Of a stretch of DNA of 64,000 nucleotides, positions 8,231-15,821 are shown piece by piece. Positions within the stretch are counted from its first letter, which is position 1, and each line of letters begins with the position of its first letter. Location of the stretch: the NCBI GenBank assembly GCA_018692925.1, contig JABHLH010000013.1, positions 7,206-71,205 on the forward strand, written 5' to 3'. Position numbers and translations under genes: made by a program. The notes under the pieces are model-generated. The model was not told where the DNA came from and ran no database searches. It saw only the letters and a program-made list of their open reading frames with translations. Source of the stretch: an archaeon. Lineage in GTDB: Archaea > Nanobdellota > Nanobdellia > SCGC-AAA011-G17 > GW2011-AR17.

Positions 8231-8449
8231 ATGGTTAAAGTACACACAAGAGCTAAGAGAAGAAATGGTTCAGCTACAGGTCTAAGATTAAAAAGACCAC
8301 AAAATAGAATAAGAAAAACTAGACCAAAAACTTTCAAAAGCGAAGAAATTGCAAAGAAATGGGCAGAATCTCAAGGAATTAAAGCTTATACTCTAAAGAA
8401 CTTAAGAATTGGAGAAAAAGATAAAAAAATTGCTGTTATTCCAAATTAA
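8231..8449 (+). CDS. small, highly basic protein (72 aa)
   Basis: MVKVHTRAKRRNGSATGLRLKRPQNRIRKTRPKTFKSEE... The N-terminal half is Arg/Lys-rich. It has its own TATA and is the only short plus-strand gene within the surface island. Confidence 0.5.
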   Translation: MVKVHTRAKRRNGSATGLRLKRPQNRIRKTRPKTFKSEEIAKKWAESQGIKAYTLKNLRIGEKDKKIAVIPN

Positions 8450-8909
8450 GTTCGTCTTCATCTTCTAAATCTTCTTTTTTTGGACTTAACAAGTTTGCTA
8501 TTACTAAAACTATTACTATAAATAACATCAACCAAAAGAATAATTCTGCACTTGATTTTGAACAAACACTAGCCCATTCATCATAACTAGGACAACTACT
8601 TCCTTCTTCAGAATTTTCTTCAACTACATTACCTTCTAATTCATCATCAGTATTATCATCAGTACTTTCATCAGAACCATCATCATTACCACAACAACAT
8701 CTTTCTAGATCTTCACAATACTCAAAACCAAAGACATCATCATCATCATTACCGTCACAAAAACCCTCTTCTGTAGTTTCTTTACAAGAACCATAATCAT
8801 AACTTTCATCTTGACAGTAATCATCACAATCACTTGCCAAAGCTACTTGAAAACTTAACAAAAGAACCAAAACCAAAACTAAAATTTTTATTTTTTTCAT
8901 ATATGCCAC
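8436..8909 (-). CDS. Cys-rich, highly acidic type-I membrane protein
   Basis: Signal peptide (KILVLVLVLLLSFQVALA|SD). Ectodomain with about 12 Cys and D/E runs. One TM helix (LFFWLMLFIVIVLVIANLL). Same architecture as 48440..48865. Confidence 0.55.
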   Translation of the reverse strand: MAYMKKIKILVLVLVLLLSFQVALASDCDDYCQDESYDYGSCKETTEEGFCDGNDDDDVFGFEYCEDLERCCCGNDDGSDESTDDNTDDELEGNVVEENSEEGSSCPSYDEWASVCSKSSAELFFWLMLFIVIVLVIANLLSPKKEDLEDEDELNLE

Positions 8910-9121
8910 TCTCCCATTTTTACATCACCTACTAAAAAGAAAACTCTTTCAACATTCCTATCTTGAGTCATAAAAAAATCTTCATAATCATAAGAATCTT
9001 CACTTAAAACTTCATTAGAATATACTGCTTCCAAACTTATTAACAGAGTTAACACGACTATAATTATTAAAAATAATTTTTTATCCATATAAGTCTTTTT
9101 TGTAATAATCTTTATAATCAT
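8897..9121 (-). CDS. small secreted/membrane protein (start probably at internal MDKKLF...)
   Basis: Hydrophobic signal-like segment LFLIIIVVLTLLISLEAVYS. Overlaps the downstream gene start by 13 nt. Confidence 0.35.
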   Translation of the reverse strand: MIIKIITKKTYMDKKLFLIIIVVLTLLISLEAVYSNEVLSEDSYDYEDFFMTQDRNVERVFFLVGDVKMGEWHI

Positions 9122-9185
9122 TCATATACTCACACCTATCTATTAAAAAGTAAGCTTTAATAAACAACTAATATTAGTTTTAAGC

Positions 9186-9920
9186 ATGAAAAATTTTTGG
9201 GACATCATTAAACGTGTAATAAAAGATTCAGATATCCTTTTATTAGTCTTAGATGCAAGGTTTCCAGAATTATCTTCAAACAAAGAATTAAGAGAAAAAA
9301 CTAGCCACAGACCAATCATTTACATATTAAATAAATGTGATTTAGTTGAAAAAGCGGAATTAGAAAAGTGGAAAAAGAAATTAGGAAATTGTATTTTTGT
9401 TTCTTCAAGAGAAAAATTTGGAACAACAATTCTTAAGAAAAAGATCCTATCATTAGCAAGAAAAGAGAAAGTTACCGTCGGTGTACTAGGTTATCCTAAC
9501 ACTGGAAAAAGTTCTTTAATCAATACATTAAAGGGAAGAAAATCTGCAAAAACTTCTTCAATTTCAGGTTACACAAAAAGAAGACAAACATTAAAGATTT
9601 CAGAAAGAATTTATTTAGTTGACACACCAGGAGTTCTTCCATATATGGAAAAAGATGAAACAAAATTAGCTTTAATCAATGCTTTAGATTTTAACAAAGT
9701 AAAAGATCCTGATCTTGTTGCTCTAGAATTAATAGAAACTAAGAAAAGAACAATTTGTTCATATTACAGAGTAGAAGAACTTGAAGATTCTTATGATATT
9801 CTTGAATCAATTGCAATAAAATACAATAAATTACAAAAAGGTGGTGTACCTGACATTATATCAACTGCTAAAATGATTTTAAAAGACTGGCAACAAGGAA
9901 AAACTAAAGTTCGTCCATAA
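9186..9920 (+). CDS. circularly permuted ribosome-biogenesis GTPase (YlqF/RbgA-MJ1464 type)
   Basis: G motifs in permuted order: NKCDL (G4), then GYPNTGKSSLIN (G1), then DTPG (G3). Confidence 0.8.
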   Translation: MKNFWDIIKRVIKDSDILLLVLDARFPELSSNKELREKTSHRPIIYILNKCDLVEKAELEKWKKKLGNCIFVSSREKFGTTILKKKILSLARKEKVTVGVLGYPNTGKSSLINTLKGRKSAKTSSISGYTKRRQTLKISERIYLVDTPGVLPYMEKDETKLALINALDFNKVKDPDLVALELIETKKRTICSYYRVEELEDSYDILESIAIKYNKLQKGGVPDIISTAKMILKDWQQGKTKVRP

Positions 9921-10056
9921 TCATTTTATTAATTGTATTCTCTCTCTCGACGGAACTTTTCCCACAATAAGGACAAATATAGCTATCCCAATCTTTTTTT
10001 CTTCTAAATTTATACCTGCAATTATTACAGATAAATCGAATTTGCTCATCAACCAT
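9904..10056 (-). CDS. 50-aa zinc-ribbon mini-protein (below track cut-off)
   Basis: Hand translation: MVDEQIRFICNNCRYKFRRKKDWDSYICPYCGKSSVERENTINKMIMDEL, with CxxC...CxxC. Convergent 17-nt overlap with the GTPase 3' end. Confidence 0.45.
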   Translation of the reverse strand: MVDEQIRFICNNCRYKFRRKKDWDSYICPYCGKSSVERENTINKMIMDEL

Positions 10057-10161
10057 GCTATATGCTATAGTTTTAGACTTTAAAACTGTTTATCCAGCAG
10101 AGTTAATATATTGCTTAAGCTAGTAATGCTTATATATTATAAATCACCATATAATATACAT

Positions 10162-10515
10162 ATGACAGACTTAATATGTTGCTTAAGTACTGGTAAGGGT
10201 ACATGGATTGAAGTTGCTCGTTTAATTAATAATCATGCATGGGATAATATTCATTTAATTACAAATGATTTTGGTAAAGAAAAGTTCACATCAAATAAAA
10301 AAGTTAATTTTATTCTAGTCGACGTAAATAAAGGTATGGAAGTTATGAGAAATGAAATTCAGAATGAATTAAAGGATAAACTTTCAGGTGAAATTGCTGT
10401 TAACTTTACATCAGGTTCTGGAAAAGAACATATGGCTTTACTTTCTGCTTTAATGAAAATGGGTATGGGTATGAGATTTGTAGTTCCAGTAGATTCTGAA
10501 ATTAAAGAAATATAA
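10162..10515 (+). CDS. 117-aa Rossmann-like protein, possibly a minimal CARF-like domain
   Basis: I prefer the ATG at 10162 (MTDLICCLSTGKGTW...), which lies about 27 nt downstream of TATATATT (10131-10138). The track start at 10111 would sit upstream of that promoter. Alternating beta/alpha pattern and an 'NFTSGSGKEH' loop. Confidence 0.5.
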   Translation: MTDLICCLSTGKGTWIEVARLINNHAWDNIHLITNDFGKEKFTSNKKVNFILVDVNKGMEVMRNEIQNELKDKLSGEIAVNFTSGSGKEHMALLSALMKMGMGMRFVVPVDSEIKEI

Positions 10516-10534
10516 TTAAAAAATTAAAAAAAAT

Positions 10535-11173
10535 TTATCTTAGATAAGTTCGTGTTTTCTTTGCATTAGCTTCTGAAATTGCTTTTCTTCCACCAATTTT
10601 TCCAAAAGGAATTTTCAAAGATTCACCGTCACAACCATAAACAACTAAACCAATATCTGCTCTCTTATCTGTTGGAAAACTAAATCCACTTAAATCTCTT
10701 AAATTTAAATCATTTCTTCCATCGATTTGAACATTTGGTAGACTGTATAAAGCATCTGTTCCTAAAAATCCAGCATCTCTAAATGCATAAATTCCTACAG
10801 ATCTAATACCTTGTTTATCTGTAACTACACCTTCTAATAATAGATGTCCACCGCTAATATAAGCTTGAGGTTTACTATCATAAGTAGGTCCTTCTCTGTC
10901 TCTTTTAGCTCCAGCACAAACATCATCAACTGTTACGATTACTCTTTTAGGTTTTTCCTTTTCCTCAACAGGTTCATCTGTTTCTGGAACAACAGGAATA
11001 ACTAAAATTTCTTCAGTTGCTTCAGGTTCTGTAGCTTCTGTATCATTACATCCAGGCATAAAATATCCACCTAAAAGACCAGCACCAACTAATGCAGCTC
11101 CTACTCCAGCAAATTTTCCATTCCTTTTATTTACCCAACTTGGCATTGTTACCATTTTTTTTTTATTTCCCAC
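10535..11173 (-). CDS. membrane-anchored protein with a C-terminal Ig-like domain
   Basis: TM/anchor FAGVGAALVGAGLLGGYFMPG|C, a Pro/Glu-rich linker, then ISGGHLLLEGVVTDKQGIRSVGIYAF...IGLVVYGCDGES. The track start is GTG; the ATG at 11155 (MVTMPSW) is an alternative. Confidence 0.55.
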   Translation of the reverse strand: MGNKKKMVTMPSWVNKRNGKFAGVGAALVGAGLLGGYFMPGCNDTEATEPEATEEILVIPVVPETDEPVEEKEKPKRVIVTVDDVCAGAKRDREGPTYDSKPQAYISGGHLLLEGVVTDKQGIRSVGIYAFRDAGFLGTDALYSLPNVQIDGRNDLNLRDLSGFSFPTDKRADIGLVVYGCDGESLKIPFGKIGGRKAISEANAKKTRTYLR

Positions 11174-11253
11174 GATACAAGTATCGTATAAAAACAGAAA
11201 GAGAACTAATATATAAAGCTTTCGATTCTGTAATAACTACACAGGGACAACAA

Positions 11254-11985
11254 CTAACCTAAAAATCTATAAATATCCTTAAAAGAGGCCTTTTGTAACT
11301 TTGTTTGATCACCATCTAAAGGAACATAAGTATGTAACCTATTAAAACCAATAACAACTGGCTTTTCCTTAACATTAAATGAAAGTAAATTAATTTCTAA
11401 TTTAGGTTTAACTCTATCTTGTCTACAAATATAATAACTTGAAACACCTGAAATAGGATGAAAATGTTGAAACCCATTATATTCATCTTCAAATAATTTA
11501 TCAAAATTTAACCCTAAACTCATAAAATTACTAAATATTACATATTCATCTGAATAAGGATTATGAATTCTAGAAATTTCAGCATTACCATCTTTGAGTT
11601 CCGAAAAAAATGGCACACCCCACTCTTTTTTCTCTTTATCAGAAGTTCTTTTTAACATTGCTTCTAAACCAAACGAATCACTAATTATAACTTCATCAAC
11701 ATGTTGTAAAGGGAAATTATCAACATCAGATTTAATCTTAGTAAGAGATTTTAAACCTATTTTGTCATCACCTTTTAGATCAGATTTTCTTAATACAGAT
11801 TGTATGAATGTATAACCAGCAAAAGGTATAAGATTAACGAGAAAAAGACCACTTGAAACAACATTACCTTGAATAAGATTAAAAACCAATGATGCAGAAT
11901 TTAATAAAGTTACTCCCATACTTGTATAGTATACATCTGAAAAAATTAGTCCACTTCCCAAATATTTTAATTGTTCTTTATTCAT
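11254..11985 (-). CDS. membrane protein (2 N-terminal TM) with a possible JAB/MPN-like domain
   Basis: TM helices at the N-terminus. C-terminal region has KEWGVPFF...GFQHFHPISGVSSYYICRQD, reminiscent of the E...HxHP...S..D JAMM motif but with non-canonical spacing. Confidence 0.45.
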   Translation of the reverse strand: MNKEQLKYLGSGLIFSDVYYTSMGVTLLNSASLVFNLIQGNVVSSGLFLVNLIPFAGYTFIQSVLRKSDLKGDDKIGLKSLTKIKSDVDNFPLQHVDEVIISDSFGLEAMLKRTSDKEKKEWGVPFFSELKDGNAEISRIHNPYSDEYVIFSNFMSLGLNFDKLFEDEYNGFQHFHPISGVSSYYICRQDRVKPKLEINLLSFNVKEKPVVIGFNRLHTYVPLDGDQTKLQKASFKDIYRFLG

Positions 11986-12021
11986 AATAAAAAAACGACA
12001 ACAAGTTAATTATAAAACTTC

Positions 12022-12687
12022 CTATTCCAAAACTTTACAATAACCTTCACCTTTACACTTAACAGAATAATTCCGAGTATTTCTTGAACAATCCCTTAGA
12101 CCAATATTGATTTTATAACTTCTATAATCTCCAAATTCAACTTCTCTTAAATAAGACTCATCTAATTCAAATTCATTAATCCCATTCAAATCATCCATAT
12201 AAGAAGCTTGAAGAGTATCTCTCTTAAAAACACTAACAGAAGCATAACTTAAACCAGATCCCTCATCACTCACTCGACCATAAAAATACGCATTATCTCC
12301 TTTTTTTATCACTTTCAAACCAATAATTTCAGGAGCTTTCACATCACTAGAATCAGCTAAACAATTACCATCATCAATTTCTTCAATAACTAATTCTTCT
12401 AAATCTCCAGTAGAAATAACTTTAATTTCATCTCCACTAGTCCAAGTAGAAGGATGACCTATTTCAAGAAAATGATCTTTATCATCACCAGTTTTAACTT
12501 CTTCTTCAGCTTCAACATATACAGACCTATAACTCCTTTCTTCTAAATTATTATCTTCAACAAAATCAGAATTTAAATCATCTTTAACATCTAAAATACA
12601 ATTACCACATAAGCTTGCAGTAAATAAGCTACCAGTACCTATAAGAAAATATCTATGTTTTATAATTTCAAATAATGCTTCAAACAT
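12022..12687 (-). CDS. membrane-anchored protein with an Ig-like domain
   Basis: N-terminal hydrophobic segment YFLIGTGSLFTASLCGNC. C-terminal DVKAPEIIGLKVIKKGDNAYFYGRVSDEGSGLSYASVSVF...INIGLRDCSRNT parallels the domain of 10535..11173. Confidence 0.5.
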   Translation of the reverse strand: MFEALFEIIKHRYFLIGTGSLFTASLCGNCILDVKDDLNSDFVEDNNLEERSYRSVYVEAEEEVKTGDDKDHFLEIGHPSTWTSGDEIKVISTGDLEELVIEEIDDGNCLADSSDVKAPEIIGLKVIKKGDNAYFYGRVSDEGSGLSYASVSVFKRDTLQASYMDDLNGINEFELDESYLREVEFGDYRSYKINIGLRDCSRNTRNYSVKCKGEGYCKVLE

Positions 12688-12704
12688 TTTTTACCTCAAT
12701 AAGA

Positions 12705-13805
12705 TTAAACAAACTCAATACCCAATTCACTTTCAATTTCCTTTTTTTGTTTGTCAGTTTTTGGTACATGTCCTAAAATCTGTGGACTATTAACTCCTGT
12801 AACAATCAATAAAACCTTCAAACCACTACCAAGATCTTCAGAAATTTGAGCTCCCCAAATAATTCTTGCATCGTCATCCAATTTACCTGAAATTGACTCA
12901 ACAACTTGCTTAGCTTCCTCCAAAGTCATATCGTTTCCACCAAGAACATTAACTAAAGCACCAGAAGCACCAGTAATATCAACATCTAACAAAGGATTAT
13001 TAATTGCTTTTTCTACAGCATCCATAGCTCTATTATCCGAATCAGCTTCTCCAATTCCAATCATAGAAACTCCACCATTTCCCATAACTGCTCTAATATC
13101 AGCAAAATCTAAATTTACTAAACCTGTTTTTGTAACTAATTCAGCAATTCCTTTAACAGCATTTGTTAAAATTTCATCAGCAACCTTAAAAGCAGTTTGC
13201 AATGGCAAATCAGGAGCCAATTCTAGTAATTTATCGTTAGGAATAACAATTAAAGTATCAACATTTTTTTCTAATTTTTCTAAACCAATCATAGCATTCT
13301 CGTATCTTCTTTGTCCTTCCATTTCAAAAGGAATAGTAACAATAGCAACTGTTAATGCTCCACCTTTCTTAGCAATTTCTGCAACCACAGGAGCTGTACC
13401 AGTTCCAGTACCACCTCCTAAACCACAAGTAATGAATAACATATCTGCACCAGCTATCTTTTGTTTAATCTCTGCCTCGGACTCTCTAGCTGCATCCTCA
13501 CCAACTTTTGGATTAGAACCAGCACCTAGACCTTGAGTCAACTCTTTTCCTACCAAGATCTTAACATCTGCATTAGTATACAATAAATCCTGAGCATCAG
13601 TATTAATAGCCAATGTTTCTGTACCAATAATACCTACATCACTCATTCTAGTAATAGAATTATTTCCTCCACCACCACAGCCAACAACCTTAATTTTAGA
13701 CTTCTGTCTAGCTATAATAGCTTCAAGTTCTTCATCAATAGCATGAACTTTTCTTCCCTTTTCTTCTTCAGCTCTATCACTTGCTTGTTGAAAAATAGTA
13801 TCCAT
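12705..13805 (-). CDS. ftsZ: cell-division protein FtsZ (paralogue 1)
   Basis: Tubulin signature GLGGGTGTGTAPVVAEIAKK, VVGCGGGGNN, T7 loop NLDFADI, C-terminal peptide ELGIEFV. Confidence 0.95.
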   Translation of the reverse strand: MDTIFQQASDRAEEEKGRKVHAIDEELEAIIARQKSKIKVVGCGGGGNNSITRMSDVGIIGTETLAINTDAQDLLYTNADVKILVGKELTQGLGAGSNPKVGEDAARESEAEIKQKIAGADMLFITCGLGGGTGTGTAPVVAEIAKKGGALTVAIVTIPFEMEGQRRYENAMIGLEKLEKNVDTLIVIPNDKLLELAPDLPLQTAFKVADEILTNAVKGIAELVTKTGLVNLDFADIRAVMGNGGVSMIGIGEADSDNRAMDAVEKAINNPLLDVDITGASGALVNVLGGNDMTLEEAKQVVESISGKLDDDARIIWGAQISEDLGSGLKVLLIVTGVNSPQILGHVPKTDKQKKEIESELGIEFV

Positions 13806-13829
13806 AGAACTAACTTTTACTATAAGAAA

Positions 13830-13837
13830 TTTATAAA
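13830..13837 (-). promoter_or_regulatory. TATA box (minus strand gTTTATAAAt) about 25 nt upstream of the ftsZ ATG
   Basis: Motif and spacing match the other putative leaderless promoters in the window. Confidence 0.45.
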
Positions 13838-13868
13838 CTTAATTATGCTTAAGTTACTATATTGAATT

Positions 13869-14687
13869 TTATTTGTTCCTATAAGCTAAATTAAAACCTG
13901 AATTCCTTAAACTTTCAACAAAATCCTGTATTTGATGTATTTCTTTATCTAACAAACCCTCTTTTTTAACAAAATCATGAAAATCAACATAAGAAATCTT
14001 AATAAAAACTTTTTTTGGATCAAATAAATCAACAATTTTTGAACTAGATAATTCAAATTTTTTAAATGGAACAAAATTTAAAGTTACTTTTTGATTTTCA
14101 TCATACCAATTTTCTACAACTTCAGAAATTTCTTCCAAAGAAAACATATCTAATCTTGGACTCAAAATTCTTCTCTGTTCATTATCAGTAGTATGACAAG
14201 AAAATTGTAATCTGATCTCTATATCTTCATCTCTCACTTTTTTCAATTCTTCAAACAAAGAATAATTTTTTACACCAGAACTTGAAACAACATATAATAA
14301 ATTTAAAAATTTATCATTCAAAATTCTTATTGCACCACAAACCCCATCTACATTCAAAGCTGGATCACCCATCTCTTTCATTTCAATTTTAACTTCATCA
14401 ATTTGTTTATCTGAAAAATTATTTTGATCATAAACAAAACTTGCTTGTTCAACAATTTCTTCTACACTTAAAGGCCTATAAAAATCTAAATTTCTAGTAA
14501 AACAATAAATACAACCAACATCACATCCAGTCGATAAACTTACACCAATTTTCCATTTATTTTGTTTTTCAAAAGAATCTTCTAAAAAATTACTTGTTGA
14601 CAATACAGGCCTCCCATCAAAAGTTCTAAATACATAACCAAAACCTTTTCTTATTTCCTTCTTTTCAACTAATCTTAAATATTTCAT
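13869..14687 (-). CDS. radical SAM protein, RlmN/Cfr-like core
   Basis: CxxxCxxC: SLSTGCDVGCIYCFTRNLDFYRPLSVEEIVEQ. Collinear blocks EMGDPALN, VVSSSG and RLQFSCHTTDNEQRRILSP resemble RlmN blocks MGMGEPLxN, STSG and SLHAxxxxxRxxLxP. Confidence 0.7.
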   Translation of the reverse strand: MKYLRLVEKKEIRKGFGYVFRTFDGRPVLSTSNFLEDSFEKQNKWKIGVSLSTGCDVGCIYCFTRNLDFYRPLSVEEIVEQASFVYDQNNFSDKQIDEVKIEMKEMGDPALNVDGVCGAIRILNDKFLNLLYVVSSSGVKNYSLFEELKKVRDEDIEIRLQFSCHTTDNEQRRILSPRLDMFSLEEISEVVENWYDENQKVTLNFVPFKKFELSSSKIVDLFDPKKVFIKISYVDFHDFVKKEGLLDKEIHQIQDFVESLRNSGFNLAYRNK

Positions 14688-14709
14688 ATTAAAATAAAAA
14701 AATAAAAAT

Positions 14710-15807
14710 TTATCCCTTTAACAATCTCTGACTTTTTTTCCTTCCATCAGGTAATTGATTAACAGTTCTAGCAGTAGCTGCCCCAATCAATGGCATAGCT
14801 CTAGCATCTAACAATCTTTGATCAATTCCTTCTCTAGCTCTTAATTTTTGCAAGAAAATATTATGCATAAATCTAACAGAAGTATAAGCACTTTCTAAAG
14901 CTCCAAAAGCCATATTATCTAATTCTCCAATAGCCTCAGCTTGATCTTGTGCCATACCTAAAAATTTAGTTGCAAAATCTAATCCTGTTTTCTGTGCTTG
15001 AGCTTCATACTTAGTATGTAACTGCTGAAGGAAAAAGTGACTAGTAACATGAACAACTCGTCCTTGTCCTACTGGAAACTTAACCGCAATTGGTGCATCA
15101 TTATATTTCCTACCCATCTCACTACTTGAAAGCAAAATATCAACTTCACTTTCTCTTGTAATCTTTATAGGATAACTACTACTTTCTAACCACCAAACAG
15201 GTCTTAAAGATCCTCCACCTAAACCTTTTGTATAAGGTGAACCTTCTGCTACTAAATCTACTTCAACAAGATCATTACTTGTATCTCTACTTCCCCTTTT
15301 AATATAACCTTCAAATCCTCTCATAATTACTGACTGTAAAGCCCAATCTGTTGTTACTAAAAAACCACCATCTTCAACAAAAGATCTCAAAGCTTCTACA
15401 TTAGATCTACCCTTATAATTAAACCTAAATTCATTTCCAGGACAATTAACTAAAACAATTTGATTAGGGTTTAAATCTATAGACCTATTCACCATTGTGT
15501 AAAGTGTACCTACAGCATCTAAAACTTTTTCAGCGCTATCATATCGTCCATTTGTAATCAATATATCATCTTTACCTAAATGACTTAACAATTCCATCTC
15601 TGGAGCTGTTAAACCTGCATCCATAACCACCTTTGATTTTTCATACGCCTGACTCATATCATTATTCAACTTTGGCCCAGTAGCAGTTTTTGGATTTTTA
15701 ACATAAGCTTTACTTGCATCATATTCTTGTTCAGCTTCTCCATAATCAAAACCACCTTTATCTCCAGTCCATTGTTGTGTTGTATCTGATCCCCAACTAT
15801 ATCCCAT
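14710..15807 (-). CDS. conserved-looking hypothetical protein (365 aa), possibly with a GATase1/ThuA-like fold
   Basis: Core QIVLVNCPGNEF...ALRSFVEDGGFLVTTDWA...GRVVHVTSHF. No catalytic motif that I can name. Confidence 0.55.
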   Translation of the reverse strand: MGYSWGSDTTQQWTGDKGGFDYGEAEQEYDASKAYVKNPKTATGPKLNNDMSQAYEKSKVVMDAGLTAPEMELLSHLGKDDILITNGRYDSAEKVLDAVGTLYTMVNRSIDLNPNQIVLVNCPGNEFRFNYKGRSNVEALRSFVEDGGFLVTTDWALQSVIMRGFEGYIKRGSRDTSNDLVEVDLVAEGSPYTKGLGGGSLRPVWWLESSSYPIKITRESEVDILLSSSEMGRKYNDAPIAVKFPVGQGRVVHVTSHFFLQQLHTKYEAQAQKTGLDFATKFLGMAQDQAEAIGELDNMAFGALESAYTSVRFMHNIFLQKLRAREGIDQRLLDARAMPLIGAATARTVNQLPDGRKKSQRLLKG

Positions 15808-15821
15808 TTTCTTATTTTCTC

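Noticed and set aside
10111-10161. Upstream extension of the CARF-like ORF (track start at 10111); similarly the 47428 start of the DUF357 gene
   Set aside because: The extensions run through the putative TATA box (10131-10138) or deep into gyrA. Internal ATGs at 10162 and 47461 fit promoter and overlap logic better.
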